Of a stretch of DNA of 64,000 nt, positions 19,970 to 29,570 are shown piece after piece. The stretch comes from a virus (Duplodnaviria > Caudoviricetes), in IMG/VR virus record IMGVR_UViG_2667527676_000002, positions 1 to 64,000 of that record; one strand, written 5' to 3'. Under the pieces are notes generated by a model that was not told the origin of the DNA, made no database searches, and worked only from the letters and a program-made list of their open reading frames with translations. Both the position numbers and the translations under genes were made by a program. Numbering within the stretch: the first letter of the stretch is position 1; each line of letters opens with the position of its first letter.

Positions 19970-21419
19970 GGTTGTCCCCTTGGTCTCTCACCGGTTGCCC
20001 GGTGTCGGTGGTGTAGTGCAGGTTCAGGCTGTCGGCCCGGGCGTTGTCCTGGGCGTTCTCCCGGTCGATCACCTCGGCGTCGTATCCGGTGCGTAGCGCA
20101 TGCTCGCTCCGGCTGGCGAGGCCTCCGCCGATCTCCAGCAGCTTGCCCTGGACGTCCTGCACCGGATGGATGTAGGCCCAGCCCTGCGGGATCCAACGCG
20201 TGCGCAGGAACTCACGTCGCCGCGCCGGATAATCCGGCAGGTCCACTGCTCCGCTGAGGTACGCGGTATCCAGCCACCACGCGCGCACCGGGCGGCAGAG
20301 CTGGTAGACGTACACGCTGAATTGAACCTGTTCGATCCGGCGCCGAAACTCGTTGAGCAGCACCCGCAAGGTGCGGTCGCTGATATCGCCCATGTCGCCG
20401 GTGAGCAGCTCATACGGCAGGTCGACACCGACCGCCGCTGCCATCAGTTGCTGTCGCATGAAGTCGACGTAGGTGTTACCGGCGTCCGGCGGGTCGGAGA
20501 AAACCACCTCCTCCCCTTCCAGCAGTTCCTGCATGGTCCCCGGCTCCAGGCCGACCATCGGTGTCCCGTCGCGATCCTGTGCAGGAGCCAGCCCGGTCGA
20601 CGGATCGAAGATCGGCGCCCCATCCTGTCGAGGCCTGGTGATGAAGCCGGCGAACAGGTTGGAGACTTCCTGCCTGAACAACACTGCGTCGTCGTAGTTA
20701 TCCAGCGACTTCAGCCGCAGGAGAACCGGCGACAAGCGCGGCACACCGCGCAACTGGCCACCCTCCAGCGGTTCGAAGATGTGCAGCACCTGGTCCGCCG
20801 GGATGCGGTTGAGCTGGTTGTAGCCGCGCCGTGGCGCTGCCGGATCGCCGGGATGGCTCTGCCACATCCAGTAGGCAACCCGGCGGCCGATGGCGTCGAA
20901 CTCGATTCCTGCGCGCACCACGTTGCCGCTGCGGGTCTTGAAATTGCGATCCACCGGGACGAAGTCAGGCGGGAGCACCTGCAGTTGCAGAGGTACCGCC
21001 AGGCCGTCCTCCGGCCGCCGGTTGCGGCGCCTCACGAAGCACTCGCCCGCTTCCTCGACCATCCGCGCAATGATCATCTGCAGGCCGTAGAAATCGGTAC
21101 GGTCATCCGCGTCCGACTCGTCTACCCAGTCCTCCCACAGCAGGTTCAACGCCTCGCGCAACGCCGCGTCGTCCAGACGTGCGCGCGGCGTAATGCCGGT
21201 GCCGATCAGGTTGCTGACGCGCTTGCTGATCGCGCTCGCGGCGTAGGGGTCATTCCTCACCGCCGCTCGCGAGCGCTTGCGCAGGGTCGGCAATGCCGGA
21301 ATGGCTACCGCATTCAGCGCCGCCTCGGGCGCGTCCCAGCCAGCGGCGCGGCGTCCGGTGCCAGCGCCCTCGTAGCTGTTGCGAATGCGCTTCGACGTGA
21401 TTCGGTATCGGGTAGCCAT
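19953..21419 (-). CDS. Portal protein, lambda family
   Basis: YEGAGTGRR, GIEFDAIGRRVAYW, PYELLTGD. Confidence 0.93.
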   Translation of the reverse strand: MATRYRITSKRIRNSYEGAGTGRRAAGWDAPEAALNAVAIPALPTLRKRSRAAVRNDPYAASAISKRVSNLIGTGITPRARLDDAALREALNLLWEDWVDESDADDRTDFYGLQMIIARMVEEAGECFVRRRNRRPEDGLAVPLQLQVLPPDFVPVDRNFKTRSGNVVRAGIEFDAIGRRVAYWMWQSHPGDPAAPRRGYNQLNRIPADQVLHIFEPLEGGQLRGVPRLSPVLLRLKSLDNYDDAVLFRQEVSNLFAGFITRPRQDGAPIFDPSTGLAPAQDRDGTPMVGLEPGTMQELLEGEEVVFSDPPDAGNTYVDFMRQQLMAAAVGVDLPYELLTGDMGDISDRTLRVLLNEFRRRIEQVQFSVYVYQLCRPVRAWWLDTAYLSGAVDLPDYPARRREFLRTRWIPQGWAYIHPVQDVQGKLLEIGGGLASRSEHALRTGYDAEVIDRENAQDNARADSLNLHYTTDTGQPVRDQGDNHEETQ

Positions 21420-21643
21420 CAGATCCCCTTGCCTCCGCTGTAGAGGCGAACCTGGCGCGAGCGTCGGTTGTTCGTAGCCGCCTCCAGGGCTGCGGCTTCG
21501 GCGTACTGCTGCTCTAGAACGCGCAGACTCGCCAGTTGCGCGCGGTCGACCTGGCGGTCTCCCTTGCGCACCGACTGCCCTTTTTTCAGGATGTCCTGAA
21601 TCGCCACCCGGACCTCGTCCAGGCGCTGCTGCGCTGTGCTCAT
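21419..21643 (-). CDS. Head completion protein (gpW-like)
   Basis: 74 aa between terminase and portal. Confidence 0.8.
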   Translation of the reverse strand: MSTAQQRLDEVRVAIQDILKKGQSVRKGDRQVDRAQLASLRVLEQQYAEAAALEAATNNRRSRQVRLYSGGKGI

Positions 21644-21654
21644 GCTGACCTCGT

Positions 21655-23670
21655 CTATCGGCGGCTCAGATACCCGCTGCGCGAGGTACGCCGGCCAGTT
21701 GGTTGGGATGGTGGGTTCGCGCTCCGCGTGGGAGGTAACGGCCGCACTGGGGCGCTTGGCGCCTCGTTCTGCGGCTCATGCTCGTCCGCCTCGTCGGCTG
21801 CGCTGGGCACCGTGGCGACTGGGTCGGCGAACAGGCTGCCTTGACCTACCGCTGCGCGCAGGCTGCTCCACTGCGGAGCGTGATAGCGATGCAGGCCGAG
21901 GAAGTGGGCCGCGGCCAGGTTGTACACGATGAGGTCGAGGGCCTCGTTTCGCTCCGACTTGGCCTTGACCCAGTCGGTGCGCTTGAACCCCTTCACGTAG
22001 CGGACCACCTTGCGCTCGGCCACGCACTGGTCGAAGAAGTCAGGCGGCAGGTCTGCGGAGAAGTGCAACGCCCCGGGGCCATCCTTGAGGTGGTAGCGGT
22101 TGTAGACCCAGTCCTTCGCCGTGTCGGTGCCGACCATCCATAGTTCGGCGCCACTCTTCTCGGTGTTGCCTTGCCAGGTGACGTCGACCTTGGACGGCCG
22201 CTGGGCCAGCACAGGGCGGCCGCGCTTGCTCGCCCCCTTCACCGCCAGCACGTTTCGCCAACGGCGCAGGCGGGTGAACTGGTAGACCTCATGGGTATGG
22301 TGTCCACCCGAGTCGATGCAGACCGCGCAGATGGCCAGGTCCACACCGCTGACGTGCCGATATCGAGCCTTCAGGCGCTCGTCGAGCAGCGCCCAGGTCC
22401 GCTCGTCGGTCGGGTCGCCAGGGATCACCTGGAAATCGACCGTCCAGCGCTCCAGGCCCTCGCCCCAGCCCATCACCAGCATTTCCAAGCGGTTGTGCTG
22501 GGTATCGACCGCCGCGGTCAGCAGCAGCGCTCCGGCGGGTACCAGACCCAGCCGATGCCCCTCGGCCTCGGCTCGCTTGCGCAGCTCGTCCGCCTTGGTC
22601 ATTTCCTCGGCGCTGTCCCACAGCCGGGCCAAGCGGGTGTTGTAGAACACCTGCATGGACCCGGGATCGCCCTTCTCCTGTAGACGCTTGGCCTCGTCGT
22701 ACTCCTTCGCCAGGTCCGTCCAGGTCAACCAGCCGGGAGGCGCATACAGCGCGCTCAGGGTGAAACTGACGGTCTCGCCGTCACCGACGGCATGGGCTCG
22801 CCACTCGCCAGCGGACAGCATGGCCGCCTTGTGGTGCTCCTCGATCAGGGCGCCGCACTCCTCGTTGCTGCACATGTACTGCACAAGGCGGTACTCGGGG
22901 TCGTACTTCAGGCCCTCCCACTCCAGCACCTGCATCGTTCCGCAATGCGGACACGGGACGTAGTAGTGCCGCTGGTCGCCCTGGGTGAAGAGGTCGGCGA
23001 TCCGCGAAACGCCTTTCAGCGTGGGCGAGCTGGAGTAGTAGAACTTCGCGCGGCGGCCGAACGTCGAACCGCGCGCCTCGGCCTGCTTGACCGGGTCGCC
23101 GTCGTCGTCGACGTCCATTTCCCAGCGATCGATTTCGTCGCCGTACACGTACCGAGCGGACAACTCGGCCAGGTTGGAGGCCGAGCCGGCTGACGCGCAG
23201 TACAGCGCGCCACCCTCGAACTCCTTGGTGTCGAGCGTGTTTCGCGAGTCGCGCGAGCGGGCCTTGGCAACGCGCGCGGTCAGCACCGGCACGGCCTTGA
23301 TCGTCTTGTCGATCCGTCCTGATACCCGCTTGCTCAGCTTCTCGGTGGGCAGCAGCACCAGGATGTTGGCCGGTGCCATGTGGATACAGCCGCCGATCCA
23401 GTTCAAGGCGACCTGGGTCTTCATCAGCTGCGAGGCGATCATGGTCACCACGCGCTTGGCTGGGAACAGCGGCGACAGGCAACGCATCGGCTCGCGCGCA
23501 TAGGGGGTCCGGTCGGTGTGGTACTTGCCCGGCTCGGCCGCCCCCGTATCTGCCGGGATCATCTGGAACTCGTCCGCCCACTCATCGATCCATAGTTCGG
23601 GGTCAGGCTTCAGTCCTCGACGGTATGCCGCCAGGTACACGGCGGCACCGTCGGCATACGGTTGTTCCAT
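21655..23670 (-). CDS. Terminase large subunit (GpA family)
   Basis: SQLMKT Walker A variant, GDEIDR, YYVPCPHCG, DSGG, RNEALD. Confidence 0.95.
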   Translation of the reverse strand: MEQPYADGAAVYLAAYRRGLKPDPELWIDEWADEFQMIPADTGAAEPGKYHTDRTPYAREPMRCLSPLFPAKRVVTMIASQLMKTQVALNWIGGCIHMAPANILVLLPTEKLSKRVSGRIDKTIKAVPVLTARVAKARSRDSRNTLDTKEFEGGALYCASAGSASNLAELSARYVYGDEIDRWEMDVDDDGDPVKQAEARGSTFGRRAKFYYSSSPTLKGVSRIADLFTQGDQRHYYVPCPHCGTMQVLEWEGLKYDPEYRLVQYMCSNEECGALIEEHHKAAMLSAGEWRAHAVGDGETVSFTLSALYAPPGWLTWTDLAKEYDEAKRLQEKGDPGSMQVFYNTRLARLWDSAEEMTKADELRKRAEAEGHRLGLVPAGALLLTAAVDTQHNRLEMLVMGWGEGLERWTVDFQVIPGDPTDERTWALLDERLKARYRHVSGVDLAICAVCIDSGGHHTHEVYQFTRLRRWRNVLAVKGASKRGRPVLAQRPSKVDVTWQGNTEKSGAELWMVGTDTAKDWVYNRYHLKDGPGALHFSADLPPDFFDQCVAERKVVRYVKGFKRTDWVKAKSERNEALDLIVYNLAAAHFLGLHRYHAPQWSSLRAAVGQGSLFADPVATVPSAADEADEHEPQNEAPSAPVRPLPPTRSANPPSQPTGRRTSRSGYLSRR

Positions 23671-23673
23671 GGT

Positions 23674-24264
23674 TCAGTTCGGCTCCTTGCCCCCTTGTTC
23701 GATCTCGGCATCGAGCTGCAGGAGGCGGTCGGCATCTTCCAAGGCACGGCGCAGCGCCTGGGTCAGGCGGCGTTCGATCTCCCAGGGGTCGGTCAGTGTC
23801 ACCAGGTCGCCGGCGATCTTCGGCGGCACGCTCATCAACAGATCGCGCAGAGCGCGCGCAGCGGTGAAGGCCGCGGAGTCGACACGCGCGCGCTCGACCG
23901 TCTCGCCACGGCTCTTGCGGTGTTCGTCTTCTGCCAGCAGAGCCAGGGCGTACTCTCGCCGTGCGCGGGCTTTCTGGTAGTCGGGCAGCGGTGCGGTCTG
24001 CCCAGGTGCCGGTAAGGCCGGGCTCGGGGCTGCACCTGCGCCTATGTGGGCGTACACGCCCTTCTCCACCCGCTCCTGCCGGTGCCGCTCGGCCACGGCA
24101 GCCTTGCTCGGGTCTGCGCTGGCGGCCAGCAATTCGTCGCTCGCCTGGACGTCGACCTTTCCGTCGGCGGTGAGGACGAGGCGTCCTTGCCGGACCAGCT
24201 TCGACACGTAGGCGCGCGACCAGCCTTGGCGGTCCGCGAACGCTGCCTTGGTCATGAACTCCAT
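23674..24264 (-). CDS. Terminase small subunit
   Basis: N-terminal winged HTH (KAAFADRQGWSRAYVSKL); precedes GpA. Confidence 0.88.
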   Translation of the reverse strand: MEFMTKAAFADRQGWSRAYVSKLVRQGRLVLTADGKVDVQASDELLAASADPSKAAVAERHRQERVEKGVYAHIGAGAAPSPALPAPGQTAPLPDYQKARARREYALALLAEDEHRKSRGETVERARVDSAAFTAARALRDLLMSVPPKIAGDLVTLTDPWEIERRLTQALRRALEDADRLLQLDAEIEQGGKEPN

Positions 24265-24269
24265 GTACG

Positions 24270-24410
24270 GTACCTGTTAACCACGATGAACCGAGGGGGG
24301 TTAACCCGGTTAACCCTGTTAACTAACTTCCCGGCCCAGCCACTAGCGCGAGAACGGGGTTCGAATCACCCTTGTCCGGGGCGGCGCTTCAGGGGCCCCC
24401 GGTGCTTTTC
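24270..24410. other. Probable cos/packaging region
   Basis: Upstream of terS; four GTTAAC repeats (24276, 24300, 24309, 24318) and a GGGCGGCG stretch near 24378. Confidence 0.55.
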
Positions 24411-24519
24411 GAGTAGCACGTCACTGCCCCGTTTTTCGCGTCACCCCGCCCGCGGGTGGCCATTGCCGGCTCGGGTTGAACCAACCCCGCTCCGCCCGGC
24501 CAGGCCACCCGCCAACGGT

Positions 24520-25257
24520 TCAGCGCAGCGCTTTCGCCAGGGCCCGCTCGATGTTCGCCTCTAGGCGCGCGTCGTCCTCGGCAACACGCCGAACGACTTC
24601 GTGAAACTGGAAGCGCACGCGGTACTGAGGCTGGCGGACGAAAGCGAGGACCATAGTCAACGTCCGTCCACGGCGCTCGGCGATGCCAATCGGCCGGCGG
24701 CCACGGCACATCACGAAGTACGCCAGTTGGTGTCCCTTCGCCAGGGAGCGCGCCGACTGAGTGGCGTTTCCTTTGAACCCTGCTCGGTATTCCAGGGCGC
24801 CCAGGCCGGAGAGGATCTGGATCATCTGGCCGCGGCTCATGTTGCCGTACTGGTCCAGCCGGGCGCCCTCCGCTGGAACGACGAACATGCCCGCCGGCAG
24901 GATGCCTCGGGCCCGGAGGTTCCGCTCCGACGCCTTGTCCACCCTCGGCCCCCCGAAGACTTGGGGAGCCACCCAGTCCTCCGGCGCCTGCCCCTTCGAG
25001 GCATGGTCCTTTTCGTCCTTCACCCACAAGGCCGCCTCAAGGCGGCGCGAAGTGGCATGCAGGATGCGGACGGCGTTGCGGGTGAACGGTGTCGGCCGGT
25101 CGAAGACCTGGTCGATCTCCCCGACCAGCGCCTGATTCGCCTGGTTCGCCGTGTGGTTCAAGGCGTCGGCCAACACAGCAGCAGGCAAGTCGCCACCGAG
25201 CTGCTGCAAGGACCGAACGGCGTCGTCCAAGTCCCGCGCAGTGATAGCCCCTCTCAC
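24520..25257 (-). CDS. Conserved phage protein (basic, 245 aa)
   Basis: Coupled to the holin stop; FDRPTPFT motif. Confidence 0.7.
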   Translation of the reverse strand: MRGAITARDLDDAVRSLQQLGGDLPAAVLADALNHTANQANQALVGEIDQVFDRPTPFTRNAVRILHATSRRLEAALWVKDEKDHASKGQAPEDWVAPQVFGGPRVDKASERNLRARGILPAGMFVVPAEGARLDQYGNMSRGQMIQILSGLGALEYRAGFKGNATQSARSLAKGHQLAYFVMCRGRRPIGIAERRGRTLTMVLAFVRQPQYRVRFQFHEVVRRVAEDDARLEANIERALAKALR

Positions 25258-25604
25258 TCCGAGTCGGCCCGACGAGGCGGCACCTCAGAACCGCCCGCTT
25301 TCCGCTCAAGCCAACGCGTGTAAAAACCAGATGCCACGTCGGCGCCGAGGCACGCGACCACGCTACCGAGCGCGGCGGCAACCGGCAGCCCCGCACCGCT
25401 CGCCGTGGCGAGCAACACCGAGGCCAGGCCGAACACCACCGACGCCCCCGAGCGCAGCAGGACACGCTTCAGCAGATCGCTGACCGTCAGCCCTGCCGCC
25501 TCGGCGCGCCACAGCTCCCCGGACAGACCGGCCATCGACACCAGCACGAACAGCCAGGTCGGGATATCGCTCAGCGTCTGCTGAACGTCGTTCTCTGTCG
25601 CCAT
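25254..25604 (-). CDS. Holin (pyocin PA0614-like)
   Basis: Three hydrophobic segments, AGLSGELWRA motif; GAGG RBS. Confidence 0.8.
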   Translation of the reverse strand: MATENDVQQTLSDIPTWLFVLVSMAGLSGELWRAEAAGLTVSDLLKRVLLRSGASVVFGLASVLLATASGAGLPVAAALGSVVACLGADVASGFYTRWLERKAGGSEVPPRRADSE

Positions 25605-25683
25605 GTTCACCTCGGTCTGAGTAGGCGGCCCGTCCCTGGACCCGACGCTCCGCCAGGGAGGCCAGAGGCGCCGAAGTCGAGCC

Positions 25684-25711
25684 AATAAAAAACCCGGCGC
25701 GATGCCGGGTT
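25684..25711 (-). terminator. Terminator in the late leader upstream of the holin
   Basis: AACCCGGC-N4-GCCGGGTT followed by a T-run on the minus strand. Confidence 0.65.
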
Positions 25712-25889
25712 CCGATGATGTGGAGCGTGTGCCTCAGTGGCGCACCTCTACGAGAGTGCCTACTTTTTACCCCCAAAGTGTCATGGCAACAACCCCGTTT
25801 CATTGCCACCCTGCGAATATCCCTTGAACGCCTTGGTAATCCCTGGCGAATACTCGGTGAATATCTGCCTACGGTTATCAAGCGCCTCC

Positions 25890-26163
25890 GGCGCTGTCCT
25901 ACTGGTCAGTAGGTGGGTCAGCAGGTGGGACAGATAACCCATTGATTTATATGGCGCTGTCCTACTGTCCCACTTGTCCTACTACTTTCTACGCATATAA
26001 GAGAAGAATAATAAGAGCGCGCGCTGCGCGCGTGCGCGCGATGCGTGCCTATGTGCGGGCGGGTGTGCGAAAGGTGGGACAGTGGGACAGCCCCAGCAGT
26101 GACGGGGCTTTGCGTTGTCCCGCCTCGAAAAACGAAGCGGGACAGAGTAGGACGGTGGGACAG
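25890..26163. repeat. Iteron cluster, probable replication origin
   Basis: About 12 GTRGGACA/TGTCCYAC-like octamers in both orientations, IHF-like site at 25935-25949, AT-rich core. Confidence 0.7.
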
Positions 26164-26175
26164 CGCCCGGCCAAG

Positions 26176-26547
26176 TTAGGCCGCCCGCCGCAGCAGGATT
26201 TCTGCGATGGCCGCGTGGGCCAGGTCGAGCCTGCGGTAATACTGGCGTTTGCCACATCCGCATGCTGCCCATTTCATCGGGTCCGACATGTCGTAATCCG
26301 TGTAATGCAAGCGCACCACCCGCTCGATGGGCGGCGGAAGGTGCTTGTTCACGATCAGCTCAATGTCCGCCGTGCGATCCAGAGGACACCGAGCCCCCGC
26401 CGTGGAGCGAGTCAGGTTTCCCCTTGTCGCCATCAGCATAGCAATCACATTGCTCCCGCCGCTAGCGTTCCCGGCAGAGCCTACGCCATTCGGCGGGTGC
26501 AACTCGGCGGCCCAGGTCCGTAGCATCTCGTCAATTGGCTTGATCAA
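26176..26547 (-). CDS. Q-like late regulator (PA0613-like)
   Basis: IDEMLRTWA..., C-terminal HTH YYRRLDLAH; TTG overlaps the primase stop. Confidence 0.7.
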   Translation of the reverse strand: MIKPIDEMLRTWAAELHPPNGVGSAGNASGGSNVIAMLMATRGNLTRSTAGARCPLDRTADIELIVNKHLPPPIERVVRLHYTDYDMSDPMKWAACGCGKRQYYRRLDLAHAAIAEILLRRAA

Positions 26548-28757
26548 AATGCGGCCTCCCTCTGCGTCGGCTGTCCCTTCCACGACGGCGGCCGCTCGTA
26601 GCCCCACGGTCGCACCGGCGACTTACCGGATGCGGGTAGACGTCTGCGCCGCCAGCCCAGCCGGTGCATGATGTGGCCAACTCGCATCTGCTCCGGCTTG
26701 CCCCAGTGCCCGTAATCCAGATTGAGCGCTTCGCCCAAGATAGCCGCACTGGTCACGGTCTCGCCGACGTATCCCTCAAGCCAGCCGATCAGCTTGTGCT
26801 CCCAGGCGTCAACCGTGTAGCGCTTGTCCTGCTCCTCCTCGAACAGCGCTCGCTCCTCCCGCGAAACCCACCACGGATCGCCGGCCCGATAGCAGAACAG
26901 TGCTTCGGCCCATAGCTGGTCCCGGATCTCGCGCAACAGGTCAAGATCCACCTTCGTGCAGAGGACCGGCCAGTATCGACGGTTGCCGGTGGTGTCTTTC
27001 AGGTACTCGTCCTGGTTGGTCGTACCCACGAAAACACACTGTCGTGGCACATCGCGGGTTCTGCGGCCGTAGCTCTCGCGGAAGGTATCGACCGAGGCCG
27101 AAAAGAACTGCTTTGCCTTCGTGCTGTCGGCTTTGTTGAACGCATCCAACTCGCCCAGCTCGCTGATCCACTTGCCGCGCAACATCTGGAACGTCTCTTT
27201 GTCACCGAGCACGAACGGGGTATCCATGAACCACTCGCCGCCCAGCACCGACATGGCGGTCGACTTGCCTTCGCCCTGCAACCCTTCGAGGATCAGCACC
27301 GTATCCATCTTGCAGCCCGGGCGCATAACACGCGCAACAGCGCCGATCAGCCAGCGCTTGCCGGCCTTCATCGAGTACGGGGTCTCCTCCACGCCCAGGG
27401 CCCTGTTCAGCCAATGCTCGATCCGCGGCGTACCGTCCCACTCCAGGCCCTCAAGGTACGCCCGCACCGGGTGAAAGCTGTTCTTGCTGGCCACCACCGA
27501 CACCGCTTCCAGCACCGGCGGCACCTTCGTCAGCAAACCGTACTGCTGGGCCAGCCACTCGCACGCCAGCATGTCGTCCAGATCTGTCCACTCCCCCGTA
27601 CCACCACCATAGGGCGGCGTCCGCAGCTTCATGGTCTTGGCGCTGAACTCGTCGTAGCCGAGCACTCCGTGCCAGCGCTCATCGTTCTGTAGGATCAGAC
27701 TGATGTTCACCATGTGCGCCGCCAGGCCGCCGCCCTTGATCCGCAGAAGGCAGTCACGCCAGCCACCCTCAGCGGGTGGCCGGACTACCGCCATGACCTG
27801 GGCGCGAACCACCTCCAGCCCCTCGGCACAGTGCAGGTCGTTGAAGTCAGTCCAGCCCTCCTCGCGCTCGCTGCCGAAGCGAGGGAGCACGAACTGGCCG
27901 CCAAGGATCGTGGCGGCGTTCTCCGCAGCCTGAGCGCCCGGATTCCAAGGCGACCCGTCCTGGCGGGTGGTCTTCCAGTCATCATCGCCGCAGAAGATCA
28001 ACGGCCGAGACGGATACTCGGTCTGCATCGCCTTGCCGACCGGCAGCAGGTTGCCGGCATCGAAGGCAATAGCCACCGCACAGCCCGTCGCCATATGCAG
28101 GCTGACGCCGGTCGCGTACCCCTCGGCAATCAGCACCGGCTCGCCGGGTTCGGGGCGCGGACCGATCAGGCAGAACGCTCCTTCCTTCTGCATGCCATAG
28201 GGCCAATACGCCTTGTCCCGGCCGGTATCGGGCTGCTTCTCGGGGTAGATGATTTGCAGTCCCACCAGCCCCTTGAGGGTCCGCATGGGCACCATGAAAC
28301 GCCCGCCGTAGCCGTAGCGACCGCCGATCCCGACGATCTGCTTGCGGTCGAGATACGGCGCCTTGCCTTTCTCCGATAACCGCTCCCACAGCCGCGCGGC
28401 GCCCTGGGCGGCACGCTGGGCGGCATAGGCGGCCTTCGCTGCCGCCTTGCGCTTGGCCTCTTCCTGCCGCGCGTGCATCAGCTCGCGCTCCTCGGCAGTC
28501 AGGCGAACACCCTTGAGCTTGAATTTCTCGTTGAGATCCTGCCGCCAGTTGCCGAAGCGCCCGAAATAGAGGGTCTTGCCGCTGGCAGTGGTGTATTCGT
28601 GCAGGACGTACCAGCCAGTTGCCTCCCCGTTCCGGTCGCCCTCGACCTTGCAGCGCACCAGCTTCCCGAACACCCAGCCCGGGCTCCGCTTGGTGAAGGG
28701 TTCAATTCCATGGTCTCGAAGCTGATTCAGCACTTCGCCCAAGGCTTCGTTACTCAC
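26544..28757 (-). CDS. Toprim primase fused to VapE-family helicase
   Basis: IAEGYATG, GDDD, TDFNDL (Toprim); GLQGEGKST Walker A, VFVGTTN, TGNRRYWPV. Confidence 0.9.
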   Translation of the reverse strand: MSNEALGEVLNQLRDHGIEPFTKRSPGWVFGKLVRCKVEGDRNGEATGWYVLHEYTTASGKTLYFGRFGNWRQDLNEKFKLKGVRLTAEERELMHARQEEAKRKAAAKAAYAAQRAAQGAARLWERLSEKGKAPYLDRKQIVGIGGRYGYGGRFMVPMRTLKGLVGLQIIYPEKQPDTGRDKAYWPYGMQKEGAFCLIGPRPEPGEPVLIAEGYATGVSLHMATGCAVAIAFDAGNLLPVGKAMQTEYPSRPLIFCGDDDWKTTRQDGSPWNPGAQAAENAATILGGQFVLPRFGSEREEGWTDFNDLHCAEGLEVVRAQVMAVVRPPAEGGWRDCLLRIKGGGLAAHMVNISLILQNDERWHGVLGYDEFSAKTMKLRTPPYGGGTGEWTDLDDMLACEWLAQQYGLLTKVPPVLEAVSVVASKNSFHPVRAYLEGLEWDGTPRIEHWLNRALGVEETPYSMKAGKRWLIGAVARVMRPGCKMDTVLILEGLQGEGKSTAMSVLGGEWFMDTPFVLGDKETFQMLRGKWISELGELDAFNKADSTKAKQFFSASVDTFRESYGRRTRDVPRQCVFVGTTNQDEYLKDTTGNRRYWPVLCTKVDLDLLREIRDQLWAEALFCYRAGDPWWVSREERALFEEEQDKRYTVDAWEHKLIGWLEGYVGETVTSAAILGEALNLDYGHWGKPEQMRVGHIMHRLGWRRRRLPASGKSPVRPWGYERPPSWKGQPTQREAAF

Positions 28758-28963
28758 CGGCGCCCCCTCCGCTCGTTGAAGGACTGGCATTCAATGCAGG
28801 TTTGGCACCCCGGCACAGCTTCGCGACGGCGCGGCGGGATCGGCTCGCCGCAGCACTCGCACTCATGAGCCGATTCGCCAACCGCTACCAGCGCACGGGC
28901 AGCCAGTGCCGCCTCCATGCGCTCGAGTACCAGGTCATTGGCGTGATCCGCGATATCAGCCAT
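28754..28963 (-). CDS. TraR/DksA C4 zinc-finger protein
   Basis: MADIADHA...CECCGEPIPPRRREAVPGCQTCIECQ. Confidence 0.92.
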   Translation of the reverse strand: MADIADHANDLVLERMEAALAARALVAVGESAHECECCGEPIPPRRREAVPGCQTCIECQSFNERRGRR

Positions 28964-29510
28964 TGCTCACCTCCCCGCGCTCGGCGCCCTTGGTGGTCTG
29001 GTGGACGTAGCGGGCACGCTCGTAGAGGCCGACCGCCGCGCGGATGATGCTCATCGCCAGCTTTTGGGTTTCCGCCAGCTCGGCCGCGTCGATGCGGCCG
29101 TCCTCGATATGGCGCGCGATAGTGGTCGCTGCGTTGGCCGACGTGTGCAGGATCTCGCCGGCGCCGGCAATCAGGCTGGCCGGCACATCCTCGAACTGAA
29201 GCGGCGAAACGAAGAACCACAGGCTGTCGCCCAGCTCGGCATGCAGCGCGTCGAGCACGACCGCCCGCCCCTCGGCCGACACGTACCGCAGGAAGTCGAG
29301 CACGTCGTAGATGTTGAGGATGTGGCTGGTGTGGCTGGGATCGAACTTGTGGGAGGTGGTGGAGACGCTGCGGCCGGTGGAGTGCGCGAAGCCGGTAATG
29401 CCGCCGTGGCACATGCGTTGATTGCGGGCAACGAGGTTGAGCGCTTCGCCCAAGGGAAGCACCTCGCGGCCCATCCGCTCGAACTGATCGGCGAATGAAG
29501 GTCGGGACAT
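28956..29510 (-). CDS. cII: Phage regulatory CII family protein
   Basis: Downstream of cro; DGRIDAAE motif. Confidence 0.7.
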   Translation of the reverse strand: MSRPSFADQFERMGREVLPLGEALNLVARNQRMCHGGITGFAHSTGRSVSTTSHKFDPSHTSHILNIYDVLDFLRYVSAEGRAVVLDALHAELGDSLWFFVSPLQFEDVPASLIAGAGEILHTSANAATTIARHIEDGRIDAAELAETQKLAMSIIRAAVGLYERARYVHQTTKGAERGEVSNG

Positions 29511-29570
29511 GGCAATTATTCCTGTTTACTGCCAGTGCCACGACGCCACCAACCTTGTTAGAGTAGGCGC

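Noticed and set aside
25890-26163. Possible CRISPR or mini-array
   Set aside because: Repeats are 8-mers in both orientations with irregular spacing and no cas genes; an iteron cluster fits better
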